Assembly (NCBI GenBank): GCA_036012755.1
Contig: DASCPX010000193.1
Location: 1 to 64,000 of the forward strand
Reading direction: 5' to 3'
Source of the DNA: Myxococcota bacterium
GTDB lineage: Bacteria > Myxococcota_A > UBA796 > CAJQPC01
DNA: 64,000 nucleotides
Within the stretch, counting starts at the first letter, position 1; every line of letters starts with the position of its first letter. Below are positions 9,886 through 19,883 of this stretch, one piece after another. The notes under the pieces are model-generated. The model ran no database searches, was not told where the DNA came from, and was given only the letters and a program-made list of their open reading frames with translations. The position numbers and the translations under genes are program-made.

Positions 9886-10443
9886 CTAGGCACCAGGCAC
9901 AGTCTCGGCAACGCCGGCCGCTGTCGCCCAGGCCGTGAAGGTGTCCTCTCCGAAGAGCACGAAGTGCACCTGATCGAGGGCCCCGTGGTGCTCGCGCACA
10001 GCGCTGAGGGCTATGTCCGCGGCCTCTGCGAGGGGGTAGCCGTAGACACCGCAGGAGATGGCCGGAAAGGCGACGCTGGACAGCGACATGGAGTTCGCCA
10101 GCTCCAGCGAGGCCCGGTAGGCCGAAGCCAGCGTCCCGGGGGGGTCGGGATCGGATCGGAAGATCGGCCCTACCGTGTGGATGACGTGCCGAGCTGGCAG
10201 TTCGAAGCCAGGCGTGACGCGGGCCTCGCCCGGGGGGCAGCGCAGACCACCCGGTGCCGGGATGGCGCGACAGGCCTCCAGCAGCTCGTGGCCGGCCGCC
10301 CGGTGGATGGCTCCGTCGACCCCGCCCCCACCGAGCATGCGCGAGTTCGCGGCGTTGACGATGGCGTCGACCTCTAGGGCGGTGATGTCCCCACGCCGGA
10401 GGATCAGCACGGATCGGGGGGACAGGGGGATCTCGACGAGCAT
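9886..10443 (-). CDS. Macrodomain protein (O-acetyl-ADP-ribose deacetylase / ADP-ribosylhydrolase, YmdB-like)
   Basis: [44 protein letters not shown]. Confidence 0.93.
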   Translation of the reverse strand: MLVEIPLSPRSVLILRRGDITALEVDAIVNAANSRMLGGGGVDGAIHRAAGHELLEACRAIPAPGGLRCPPGEARVTPGFELPARHVIHTVGPIFRSDPDPPGTLASAYRASLELANSMSLSSVAFPAISCGVYGYPLAEAADIALSAVREHHGALDQVHFVLFGEDTFTAWATAAGVAETVPGA

Positions 10444-11255
10444 CAGATCACAGAGCGCAGAGCGCGGATGTCCTCGACGATGAAGCCCCGATCGGCGGCG
10501 GCCAGGAAATCCAGCTCGTAGGCAGGCGTGAAGCGGTTCACGACGAGGCCGACCCGAGCGCCCATCGCGTAGGGCACGCAGAGGTCGAGCTCGAAGATGT
10601 CGCCGACAACGACGAGGTCGGCCCAGGTTGCGCCCTCGCGCTCGAGCAGCATCGCCAGCACGTCGTGGTAGAGCCGACGGCGCAGCAGCACGGGGCGGGA
10701 CAGGCCTGGCAGGCTCATCGACTCCGGCAGGGCCGAGAACTCGGGATCCAGCACGTACTTCCGGGCCCGACCAAAGACCCTGGGGACCAGCCAGTCCTGG
10801 CCCAGCGCGCTGAGCTTTGCCTGCACGGCGTCGGTGTGGGAGTTCGTGACGACATAGACCGGCTTGCCCTCGAAGCCGTCCAGGACCGCCTCGGCGCCAT
10901 CCCGGAAGACGTTGTCTGTCTTGGGGTAGTTGTACTTGTAGAGGATGCCGTCCAGGAGCCGGTCCCTCTCCTCGATCACCGAGAAGGCGCCGTAGTGATC
11001 GAGGATCTTGCGGGCCACCGGCATGACCCGCAGGTAGGGGTCGACCACCGCCGGAGCGACGATGTGGCCGCCGAAGACCCAGCCGTAGCGGTCCGGGTCG
11101 GCCTGGACCTCTGCCTCGAAGCGCAGCGCCAGGGGCTCGAGGTCCTCGACCGACACTCCGCAGAGCACAGCGAGGTCACCGAGGTAGCCCTCTCGGTAGG
11201 GCCCGCCTTCGGCCTCTGCGTCGGTCATAGTGCCGTCGAAGTCCAGGACCAGCAT
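10443..11255 (-). CDS. HAD-superfamily hydrolase
   Basis: LDFDGT (motif I), VVTNS (II), VVGDIFELD (IV). Confidence 0.8.
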   Translation of the reverse strand: MLVLDFDGTMTDAEAEGGPYREGYLGDLAVLCGVSVEDLEPLALRFEAEVQADPDRYGWVFGGHIVAPAVVDPYLRVMPVARKILDHYGAFSVIEERDRLLDGILYKYNYPKTDNVFRDGAEAVLDGFEGKPVYVVTNSHTDAVQAKLSALGQDWLVPRVFGRARKYVLDPEFSALPESMSLPGLSRPVLLRRRLYHDVLAMLLEREGATWADLVVVGDIFELDLCVPYAMGARVGLVVNRFTPAYELDFLAAADRGFIVEDIRALRSVI

Positions 11256-13297
11256 CAGTTCTCCTCCAGATCCGGCTCGGGGACAACGACCTCGACGAGC
11301 CGGCCCTCGCGCACGTCCGCCTCCGTAATCCGCAGGCGCCCGACGACGACCTCGTCCACGTACAGGATTGCCGCGTCACCGGTGCCCACGACCCCATCGT
11401 CAGAGGTCCAGTAGGGCACCCGGATCGCGAAGTGGCCCTGTTCATCGGCGGTCTGGGCCATGCGCCAGGGCCTGGTGAGCTCGGCGACGTGGAGCGGAAT
11501 CCGGACACGGACCTCGGCCCCGGGGCTGGCCACACCGGTCACCACGGCACCCTCGACGAGCTCGTAGACCCAGGCGCCGGGGGACTCGAGGCGGGGGTGC
11601 ATGCTCGCCGCGAAGACGGCCCGGAGGCGGTCGACGTAGAGGTCACCGCCGACCGTCAGCGCCTTCATCGGGCCCTCGACGTCGTCGAACTCGGTGGTCT
11701 CGAAGACGAGGTAGCGCAGCCGGTCCCGCTCCATCATGGAGTAGATGAACTCGGGCTCCTCTTCGTACATCCGCTGGGTGTCGAGGTAGCGCTGCACCCC
11801 GCCGGCGTAGGTCCCGAAGTGGCCGATGTGCTCCGGACGCTCAGCGATCCCGGAGAGCCAGTGGCCGTGGTCCCAGGTGCCGGCGACGCCATACTCCGGG
11901 GCTGTCGCCGAGACCTCTGGAGTGTTGTCGCGGATCCAGAAGTAGGCCTCGAAGCGCCAGGGACGCTGGTACTGCCGGGCCTTGGGGTTGACCCAGGCGC
12001 TCTCCATCACCTCTACCGAGTGCAGGTTGCCGATCACCACCGCCAACACAGCGAAGTACGCAGGCACACGCGGGATGGACACCAGCGCCCCGGCCAGCAC
12101 GACGCCCAAGAGCGGCGCCAGCGTCCAGCCGAAGCGAGCCTGGAGCAGCAGGAAGACGAAGGCACCGGTGGTCACTGCGACCACCGCCATGAGGCCTCCG
12201 TCCCGACCCCGCCACGCCTTCCAGCCGAGCCAGCCCAGCACCAACGGCAGGGCCGGAGAGAGCCAGCTGAGGATGATGACGATGCGCTCCCAGCTCCGAA
12301 AGGCGAACAAGCCGTTGTCGAACAGCGGGTGCATCTCCTGCACCGTGTCGAGCCAGGGGTCCTCTGTCAGGAGCCACTGTCTCAGCCCGGTCATGACGAA
12401 GGGGGCCATCGCGATCCCGGCGACGACGAGGCACACGAGCCCGACGCCACCGACCACCAACCGGCGCTCCGGAAAGGCCTTGAGGGCGAAGAGCCAGGCG
12501 GCCCCGACCGTGAGCACCAACATCATCGCGGGGTGGAAGCCCGAGAGGTAGGCGTAGGTGAAGGGCGTGCCGCCAGCGACCCCCATGGCGATGGCCGGAG
12601 GCGCGAGGACGAGCACGCCGAAGGCCATGCCCGCGATCGAAGACCAAGGCGTCTCCTTGCTCATCAGGCCGGCGAGGCAGAACGCCCCCATGCCCAGGGC
12701 CGCGTACATGAGGCCGCCGACCCAGGCGAGGCAGGCGCAGGCAGGCAGCAAGCCCACCATCCACCAGCGCGGCTTGTCCCGCGTCGCCTCGGCGGCCATG
12801 GCGACCAGGAAGAGCCCCTCTGCCGGGTTGTGGTCGAGGCGCGCGAACTGGGTCGCTGCGACGTGCATGGGGACGATGGCGACGAAGACCCCAGCCGCCA
12901 GGCCGGCCCACACGCCGAACAGCCGCCTGGCCAGATCCGCCGAGAGCAGGACGGTGATCACACCGACGAGCAGGCCCGCGAAGCCGAGCCCGGCCTGGAA
13001 ACCGAGGCTCTCCGTGGAGAAGCCGCCGCAGATCCAGGCGAAGAGCGCGAGCCACCCGTCCCAGCCCGGCGCCCAGGGCACGGTGGCCCCCTCCGGGTAG
13101 CCGAGGAAGGGGTCCCACACGCTCGGCCAGGGAGGGTGCTCGAAGAAGCTCATCGCGCGGCGAAGGTGGTAGGCGGAGTCCCCATCGCTGGGGATCAGCT
13201 GGCCGTCCCGGAAGTGCGTGGTGGGTCTGGACAGGCGGACGGCGACGGCGAGCAGCCCGGTCCCGACGATGCCTGTCCGCCAGACGCGCTCGCTCAT
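11255..13297 (-). CDS. STT3/AglB-like oligosaccharyltransferase
   Basis: Multi-TM N-terminal region with DSAYHLRR, YPEG, DHNPAE, TVQE (TIxE-like) and a soluble C-terminal domain with TWDHGHW (WWDYG-like). Confidence 0.8.
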   Translation of the reverse strand: MSERVWRTGIVGTGLLAVAVRLSRPTTHFRDGQLIPSDGDSAYHLRRAMSFFEHPPWPSVWDPFLGYPEGATVPWAPGWDGWLALFAWICGGFSTESLGFQAGLGFAGLLVGVITVLLSADLARRLFGVWAGLAAGVFVAIVPMHVAATQFARLDHNPAEGLFLVAMAAEATRDKPRWWMVGLLPACACLAWVGGLMYAALGMGAFCLAGLMSKETPWSSIAGMAFGVLVLAPPAIAMGVAGGTPFTYAYLSGFHPAMMLVLTVGAAWLFALKAFPERRLVVGGVGLVCLVVAGIAMAPFVMTGLRQWLLTEDPWLDTVQEMHPLFDNGLFAFRSWERIVIILSWLSPALPLVLGWLGWKAWRGRDGGLMAVVAVTTGAFVFLLLQARFGWTLAPLLGVVLAGALVSIPRVPAYFAVLAVVIGNLHSVEVMESAWVNPKARQYQRPWRFEAYFWIRDNTPEVSATAPEYGVAGTWDHGHWLSGIAERPEHIGHFGTYAGGVQRYLDTQRMYEEEPEFIYSMMERDRLRYLVFETTEFDDVEGPMKALTVGGDLYVDRLRAVFAASMHPRLESPGAWVYELVEGAVVTGVASPGAEVRVRIPLHVAELTRPWRMAQTADEQGHFAIRVPYWTSDDGVVGTGDAAILYVDEVVVGRLRITEADVREGRLVEVVVPEPDLEEN

Positions 13298-13318
13298 GGG
13301 GCGGGATACTACGCCGCC

Positions 13319-14032
13319 ATGCTGAAACCGCTGCCCGATCCCCTCCTCAGCATCGTGATCCCCGTCTACGACGAGGAGGCCACCCTCGACGAGATCATCA
13401 GGCGGGTGGATGCCCAGCCCTGGCGCATGGAGATCCTCGCGGTAGACGACGGGAGCACCGACCGCAGCCTGGAGATCCTGCGCCGCCTCGAGGACGAGTA
13501 CGACGACCTGCGCGTGTTCTCGATGCCGAAGAACAGCGGAAAAGGCGCGGCACTACGAGAGGGCTTCTCCCAGGCGCGAGGCGACATCGTGGTGATCCAG
13601 GACGCCGACCTCGAGTACGACCCGGGTGACTACGCGGCGCTGCTCGAGCCCATCCTCGACGGTCGAGCCCATGTCTGTTTCGGCAGCCGCTTCCTCGGCG
13701 GTCCCCACCGGGTCCTGAACTACCACCACTACCTGGCCAACCGGACGCTGACGAACCTGAGCAACGTCTTCACCAACCTGAACCTCACGGACATGGAGAC
13801 CTGCTACAAGGCCTTCCGCCACGAGGTCCTCGACAGCATCTCGATCACCGAAGACCGCTTCGGCTTCGAGCCCGAGTTCACGGCACAGGTCGCGGCCCAC
13901 GGCTTCAGGGTCTACGAGGTGCCGATCAGCTACTCCGGGCGAGACTACGAGGAAGGCAAGAAGATCACCTGGAAGGACGGCGTTCGAGCCCTCCGCGTCA
14001 TCGTGACCTCCCGGTTCAAAGCCATGCGGTGA
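13319..14032 (+). CDS. Glycosyltransferase family 2 (polyprenol-phosphate glycosyltransferase-like)
   Basis: LSIVIPVYDE, VDDGSTD, NSGKGAALREG, IQDADLEYDP, GSRF, TDMETCYK, GKKITWKDG. Confidence 0.92.
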   Translation: MLKPLPDPLLSIVIPVYDEEATLDEIIRRVDAQPWRMEILAVDDGSTDRSLEILRRLEDEYDDLRVFSMPKNSGKGAALREGFSQARGDIVVIQDADLEYDPGDYAALLEPILDGRAHVCFGSRFLGGPHRVLNYHHYLANRTLTNLSNVFTNLNLTDMETCYKAFRHEVLDSISITEDRFGFEPEFTAQVAAHGFRVYEVPISYSGRDYEEGKKITWKDGVRALRVIVTSRFKAMR

Positions 14033-14078
14033 AAGGCGCCGCAAAAGGGGATACTCCGCGGCCTTCCAGAGGTCCCCC

Positions 14079-16103
14079 ATGCTCCGCCTCCTCTTCGCTG
14101 CGCTGCTGTTGTGCTCGTCCACCGCTCAGGCGGAGGAGCCCACGGAGGAGCCGAGCTTCTTCGACAAGACGGACGCGGCCTTCGCAGAACACGTGGTCGG
14201 ACCGCTCGCGTCGGTCCTGTTCTTCGACATCGCCTTCTGGGACAACTCGCTCACGAAGGGAGACGGCCTTGGCGAGACCGTCGGCGACGAGCGCGTCGTC
14301 GACTGGAGCGAAGACGACGGCTACGTCTTCCAGCAGGTGCTCAGGGCGCCGGTGGCGGAGCTCGAGGCCCGCGTCACAGGCGAGATCGAGGTCACCGACG
14401 AGGTCACCTGGTACCTCTCGCGGAACGAAGAGGGCATCAACGTCGGCAGCGTGCTCGCCCAGCCGACCAACATGATCGACGAGGAGTCGGAGCCGAACGA
14501 GGACGGGAACTACGTCATCGAGGGCTTCGCGCCCTTTCCGATCGAGGTCACCGTCGACGAAGAGACAGGCGCCGTCACCGTCGTCGAGGCGAAGGAGATC
14601 CCGCTCCCCGATGGCTATGACATCGGGTCCCATGTGAGCGTCGAGCGCAACGGCATCGTGGCCCTCGACGGCGTCGAGTACGTCGTGGACGCCATCGACG
14701 GCGACGAGGCCGTGCTCATGGGCGCGTCGCGCAGTGAAGACCTGGTCCTGGACAACCCCCAGGACATGAAGCTGCCCATCGTCGTGGTGTGGCTGGTGCT
14801 GGGCGCGATCTTCTTCACCCTGCGCATGAACTTCATCAACATCCGCGGCTTCGTGCACTCGCTGCAGGTCACGGCGGGCAAGTACGACAACCCGGACGAC
14901 CCTGGCGAGATCAGCCACTTCCAGGCGCTGTCCTCGGCGCTGTCCGCCACGGTCGGGCTCGGCAACATCGCCGGTGTCGCCGTGGCTGTCGGCGTCGGCG
15001 GCCCCGGCGCGGTCTTCTGGATGATCTGCGCCGGCTTCCTCGGCATGAGCTCGAAGTTCGCCGAGTGCACCCTGGGCCAGATGTACCGGACCATCGGTCC
15101 CGACGGCAAGGTCATGGGCGGTCCCGTGCGCTACCTCGAGGCCGGGCTCAAGGAGCTCGGCATGGGCGCCATGGGCAAGGTCCTGGCCGTGGTCTTCGCC
15201 ATCATGTGCATCGGCGGGAGCCTCGGCGGCGGGAACATGTTCCAGGCCAACCAGAGCTACGCGGCGGTGGCAGAGGTCGTGCCGATCTTCGCCGACTACG
15301 CCTGGCTCTACGGCCTCGTGCTCGCCGGCATCGTCGCGCTGGTGATCATCGGCGGCATCAAGTCCATCGGCAAGGTCGCCGGCATCATCGTGCCCGTGAT
15401 GTGCGGCATCTACGTGCTCGCAAGCCTCTGGATCGTCGGCTCCCACGCCGCCGAGCTGCCAGCTGCCTTCTCGCAGATCATCGGCGAGGCCTTCACCCCC
15501 GAAGCCGGCAAGGGTGGCCTCATCGGCGTCCTCATCATCGGCTTCCAGCGCGCGGCCTTCTCGAACGAGGCCGGCATCGGCTCCGCCGCCATCGCCCACT
15601 CCGCGGCGAGCACGGACGAGCCGGTCCGCGAGGGTATCGTCGCCCTCCTCGGCCCCTTCATCGACACGATCATCGTCTGCACGATGACCGGGTTGGTGGT
15701 CGTCATCACCGGCGCCTACAAGGGCGAGGCCCAGGGTGTCGTCATGACGTCAGAGGCCTTCGGCTCCGTGCTGAGCTGGTTCCCCCTGGTGCTGTCGCTG
15801 GCGGTCGTGCTGTTCGCCTTCTCCACGATGATCAGCTGGAGCTACTACGGCGAGCGGTGCTGGAGCTACCTCTTCGGCGACAAGCCGCTGGTAGGCATGA
15901 TCTACAAGGTCGTCTTCCTCGCCGCAGTCTTCTTCGGCGCGGTCTTCAACCTGGGCTCGGTGCTCGACTTCTCCGACCTGATGGTGCTCGGCATGGCTTT
16001 CCCGAACATCCTCGGCGTCGTGCTCTTGAGCAACAAGGTCAGGGCGGCCCTCGACGACTACTGGGGTCGGCTCAAATCGGGCCAGATGAAGGTCCGAAAG
16101 TAG
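14079..16103 (+). CDS. Alanine/glycine:cation symporter (AgcS/AlsT family) with a large acidic N-terminal insertion
   Basis: SHFQALSSALSATVGLGNIAGVA, GGPGAVFWM, GNMFQANQ, FSNEAGIGS, FIDTIIVCTMT, SWSYYGE. Confidence 0.93.
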   Translation: MLRLLFAALLLCSSTAQAEEPTEEPSFFDKTDAAFAEHVVGPLASVLFFDIAFWDNSLTKGDGLGETVGDERVVDWSEDDGYVFQQVLRAPVAELEARVTGEIEVTDEVTWYLSRNEEGINVGSVLAQPTNMIDEESEPNEDGNYVIEGFAPFPIEVTVDEETGAVTVVEAKEIPLPDGYDIGSHVSVERNGIVALDGVEYVVDAIDGDEAVLMGASRSEDLVLDNPQDMKLPIVVVWLVLGAIFFTLRMNFINIRGFVHSLQVTAGKYDNPDDPGEISHFQALSSALSATVGLGNIAGVAVAVGVGGPGAVFWMICAGFLGMSSKFAECTLGQMYRTIGPDGKVMGGPVRYLEAGLKELGMGAMGKVLAVVFAIMCIGGSLGGGNMFQANQSYAAVAEVVPIFADYAWLYGLVLAGIVALVIIGGIKSIGKVAGIIVPVMCGIYVLASLWIVGSHAAELPAAFSQIIGEAFTPEAGKGGLIGVLIIGFQRAAFSNEAGIGSAAIAHSAASTDEPVREGIVALLGPFIDTIIVCTMTGLVVVITGAYKGEAQGVVMTSEAFGSVLSWFPLVLSLAVVLFAFSTMISWSYYGERCWSYLFGDKPLVGMIYKVVFLAAVFFGAVFNLGSVLDFSDLMVLGMAFPNILGVVLLSNKVRAALDDYWGRLKSGQMKVRK

Positions 16104-16106
16104 CCG

Positions 16107-17675
16107 GTGGATCCGTCCATCCTGTCGCTGCTCCCCGCGCTCATCGCGGTGGTGCTGGCGCTGACGACCCGGAACGTCATCCTGTCGCTCTTCGCCGCGG
16201 TCTGGACCGCGGGCACGATGATGCATCCGGTCTCCTTCTCGCTGCCGGTCGTCGAGTACACGGTCTCGGCGTGGAACCCCCTGGCCGGCCTCTACCACTC
16301 GGTCGACCCCTACATCGTGGACGCCGCCGCGGACCGCGACAGCATGAAGGTCACGATCTTCTCGCTCTTCGTGGGCGGCGCGGTCGGTGTGATGGCCAAG
16401 GGCGGTGGGACCGCCGCCCTGGTCGAGCGCATCGTGAAGCACGCTCGGAGCCGCCGAAGCGGCATGCTGGTGACCTGGCTCTCCGGCATGCTCGTCTTCT
16501 TCGACGACTACGCGAACTGCCTCGTCGTGGGCGCGTCGATGCGCCCACTGTGCGACAAGCTGAAGATCTCGCGCGAGAAGCTCGCCTACCTCGTCGACTC
16601 CACCGCGGCGCCGATCGCGAGCATCGCGCTGGTGTCCACCTGGATCGGCTACGAGGTCGGGCTGATGGGCGACGGGCTCGAGATGGCAGGTATCGAAAAA
16701 GACGCCTACGCCTTCTTCATCGAGGGCATCGGCTACCGCTTCTACTCCATCTTCACCATCGTCTTCGTGGGTGCGGTGGCGTTCTTCGGCCGCGACTTCG
16801 GACCGATGAGAGCGGCCGAGGAGCGGGCGATGAGGGCCCCCGAGGCGGAAGGGGAGCTCGCCCAGAAGGACACGAGCCCGGCCCTGCCGCTCTTGGCAAT
16901 CCTCCCCATCCTGACGCTGGTCGGAGTCACCTTCGGCCACCTCTACGTCGTCGGCAGCGCAGCCGCGGCCGAGGAGGGGCTGGCCAACCCGGCGCTGTTC
17001 GAGATCATCGGCGGCGCCGACGGCTACGACGCGATGCTGCAGGGCTCGCTGGCTGGAATGGTCGTGGCGATGATCCTCGCCGTAGTGCTGCGGGCGCTGT
17101 CGCTGACGGACACCTTCGAGGCCTGCATCAAGGGCATGACGACGCTGTTCCCGGCCCTGGTCGTGCTCATGCTCGCCTGGGCGCTCGGCTCCGGCATGGC
17201 CGACCTGCACGCCGCAGACTACCTCGTCTCGGTCCTTCAGGACTCGCTCCACCCGGCGCTGGTGCCGACCGTCGTCTTCGTTGTGGCCGCCGGCATCGCC
17301 TTCGCGACCGGCACGAGCTTCGGCACGATGGGCATCGTGATGCCGATCGTCATTCCGCTGTCATTCGCGCTGGCGCCACACGATCCGGTGATCGCGCTGG
17401 CCGCCAGCGGCGCGGTGCTCTCGGGGGCCTGCTGGGGTGACCACTGCTCGCCGATCTCGGACACGACCATCCTCTCCTGCGTCGGCAGCGACTGTGACGT
17501 GACGGCCCACGTGAAGACCCAGCTGCCCTACGCGATGGCCTGCGGCGCCATCAGCATCGTGCTCGGCACGCTCCCCGTTGGTTTCGGCGTCCCCCTGTGG
17601 ATCGTCATCCCCCTCGGGCTGGCGGCTTGCGTGCTCACGGTCCGCTTCGCCGGGAAGCAGCCTCAGCCCGCCTGA
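16107..17675 (+). CDS. Na+/H+ antiporter NhaC-family transporter
   Basis: FFDDYAN, SREKLAYLVDSTAAP, ATGTSFGT, GDHCSPISDTT, HVKTQLPYA. Confidence 0.9.
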   Translation: MDPSILSLLPALIAVVLALTTRNVILSLFAAVWTAGTMMHPVSFSLPVVEYTVSAWNPLAGLYHSVDPYIVDAAADRDSMKVTIFSLFVGGAVGVMAKGGGTAALVERIVKHARSRRSGMLVTWLSGMLVFFDDYANCLVVGASMRPLCDKLKISREKLAYLVDSTAAPIASIALVSTWIGYEVGLMGDGLEMAGIEKDAYAFFIEGIGYRFYSIFTIVFVGAVAFFGRDFGPMRAAEERAMRAPEAEGELAQKDTSPALPLLAILPILTLVGVTFGHLYVVGSAAAAEEGLANPALFEIIGGADGYDAMLQGSLAGMVVAMILAVVLRALSLTDTFEACIKGMTTLFPALVVLMLAWALGSGMADLHAADYLVSVLQDSLHPALVPTVVFVVAAGIAFATGTSFGTMGIVMPIVIPLSFALAPHDPVIALAASGAVLSGACWGDHCSPISDTTILSCVGSDCDVTAHVKTQLPYAMACGAISIVLGTLPVGFGVPLWIVIPLGLAACVLTVRFAGKQPQPA

Positions 17676-17721
17676 AGCAGGGCGGCGAGCCCCTCTCCCG
17701 AGCTCAGGGTGAAGGGGGACA

Positions 17722-19758
17722 TCACTGCGGCGTCAGCCACCCCTCCTGCTCCAGCACCCGAGCGATCTCCGAGGCCAGCACCTGGTGGCCTCGCCGGCTG
17801 AGGTGGCAGTCGTCCAGGAAGATGTTGGGGTCCTCTTGCTCGTGGAGGTACGCCGCGGCGTCGAAGAAGAGCCCACCGTGCTCCTCGGCCAGCTCGCGCT
17901 GCATCTCGGCGTACTCGGCGAGGGGCCCGGGGTCCGGGTTGAGGCCCTCGGTCATGAGCAGCACCCGGGCGCCCACCCCTTCGGCGGAGGCGAGCACGGC
18001 GCGGAGGTTGTCGCGGGCGTCGTCCACCGGCACGGCGACGCCGGTGTCCCGCCGGGCCAGGGCGAGCACCGTCGTCTTGAACCCGAAGTACAGGCTGCTG
18101 CGCTCCATCAGCGGCGTGCCCAGATCCTGCCCGGGCCGGTAGCGCGCGTAGAGCGTCGAGTAGGGCACCGCCGACTCGGTGAGCAGGTCGTTGTGGGCCA
18201 CGTACACCGCCAGGATGTCGGGCTCGAGGGTCTCCATCTGGGACTCGGCGTAGAGCCGCACGTGCAGGGTGTTCCAGCCGCCGACGCCCTGGTTGACCAC
18301 CTCCCAGCCCTCGAGACGCTGTTCGAGCTCGGCGGGCCAGAACAGCTCGATGTCGTCCATCTGGAAGGCCCCGCCGGTGCTGCTGCCCCCGAGCGCCACG
18401 ATGCGCGGCGTGTCGCTGGGCGGAGGGGGGCGCACGGGGAAGCCGTCGCTGGGGTAGCGACGGTACTGGCGCAGCTCCATGAGCTCCTGGAACTCGAGCC
18501 CGGCTCGCTGCCAGCCCTCGCTCACGGTCCAACCCCGGGACAGGGCGCTGGTCCGGATGGCGATCTCGCCGCAGACCAGGACGAGGGCAAGCAGCCCGTA
18601 GCTGGCCAGGACGCGGCGAGGGAAGGGGTTCTTGTTCACCCAGGCCAGCCCGGCCCACGGGAGCAGGGGAAGGCCCACGGCGAGCCAGTCCACGAGCCCT
18701 GCACGGGAGCCGATCCAGGGCACGCAGACCAGGAGCGCGGCCAGGCCGGCGCAGAGGGCCCCGGTGCGCCACAGGGGCCCCCGAGCCCAGGCGATCAACG
18801 CCGCGAGCGCCGCGGGCAGGGTGCTCAGCAGCAAAGGACCGGTGAGGCTGGCCACCTCCAACAGCCGCATGCGGTCGAGCACCACCCGCATGTCCAGCGC
18901 GAAGAGCAGGGGCCCTGCGCACAGCGGAAGGAGCGCCAGGGCCCGGCGGTCCCGGCCGAGGAGGCCACCCAGCGCGGCGAAGAGCAGGGCCAGCGGCAAG
19001 GCCAGCCAGCCGCTGCGCAGGCCAGCAGCGAAGGACCCTCCTCCCCAGCCCTCGATCTCCACCGAGCGGAGCTGGATGCGTCGGATGCCGCCGCTCAGCA
19101 CCAGCGGCCCGGCGTCGTGCCCACCAGTGCAGCGGCCCACGGCCTGGCCGGACTCGAGGAGCTCCACGCCCCCCTCGCGCACGCGCAGCACAAGGTCGAG
19201 CTCCTCCGGCGGCGCCACGTCGCTGGTGCAGCTCAGGCCGTTGAGCCCGAGGTAGGTCCCGCGGGTGCGGTCCACGAGCACGCTCGCGCCCTCCTGGAGG
19301 TTCTGGATCGAGAGCCCGGGCTTCTGGCCGAAGACCGGCGGAGGACCGCCGCCGGAGTCGCCGCCGGGAGCGGCGCCCGGGCCTCGAGCACCGGCAGGTC
19401 CGGGCGGAGGACCGCCAGGCCGCGGGCCCGCAGGCGCCTGGGGACCCGCGGCCTCGAGGTCCACGCCAAACTGGACGCGCAGCTGGCCGCCATCGGGGAC
19501 GCGGGCCCGGACGCGGATGTCGCCCTCGTCGAAGCGCAGGCCGACCGGAGACAGGGCCCGGTAGAACCACAGGTCCACCGTCCCCGGGCGCTCGGCCAGC
19601 GGTCCGGCCATCCACGCCGTCTCGATCGGGACCGAGCTCTCACGCTCATCCCAGGAGCTTGGATCCGCCTGGCCCATCGCACCGGAGAGCGCCCACCACA
19701 GGCTCAGCCCCCACGCGGCGCCGCAGAGGGCCCCGAGCGCCCGCCAGGCGTGCCTCAC
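17722..19758 (-). CDS. Multi-TM membrane protein with a C-terminal SGNH/GDSL hydrolase domain
   Basis: ALGGSSTGG, NQGVGG, AHND, DDCHLS blocks; several TM helices; Gly/Pro-rich tract in the N-terminal part. Confidence 0.8.
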   Translation of the reverse strand: MRHAWRALGALCGAAWGLSLWWALSGAMGQADPSSWDERESSVPIETAWMAGPLAERPGTVDLWFYRALSPVGLRFDEGDIRVRARVPDGGQLRVQFGVDLEAAGPQAPAGPRPGGPPPGPAGARGPGAAPGGDSGGGPPPVFGQKPGLSIQNLQEGASVLVDRTRGTYLGLNGLSCTSDVAPPEELDLVLRVREGGVELLESGQAVGRCTGGHDAGPLVLSGGIRRIQLRSVEIEGWGGGSFAAGLRSGWLALPLALLFAALGGLLGRDRRALALLPLCAGPLLFALDMRVVLDRMRLLEVASLTGPLLLSTLPAALAALIAWARGPLWRTGALCAGLAALLVCVPWIGSRAGLVDWLAVGLPLLPWAGLAWVNKNPFPRRVLASYGLLALVLVCGEIAIRTSALSRGWTVSEGWQRAGLEFQELMELRQYRRYPSDGFPVRPPPPSDTPRIVALGGSSTGGAFQMDDIELFWPAELEQRLEGWEVVNQGVGGWNTLHVRLYAESQMETLEPDILAVYVAHNDLLTESAVPYSTLYARYRPGQDLGTPLMERSSLYFGFKTTVLALARRDTGVAVPVDDARDNLRAVLASAEGVGARVLLMTEGLNPDPGPLAEYAEMQRELAEEHGGLFFDAAAYLHEQEDPNIFLDDCHLSRRGHQVLASEIARVLEQEGWLTPQ

Positions 19759-19883
19759 GCTGGAGCTCGCCCGCTGCGCTGGCGCCGTCCCGACATGCGG
19801 CAGAGGATACGCGCAGCGGCCCCCGCGCAGCGCTGGGGGGACCCTTCCGGTACCCTGGGCGGGCTCTCGGAGGAGGCCCCCGG

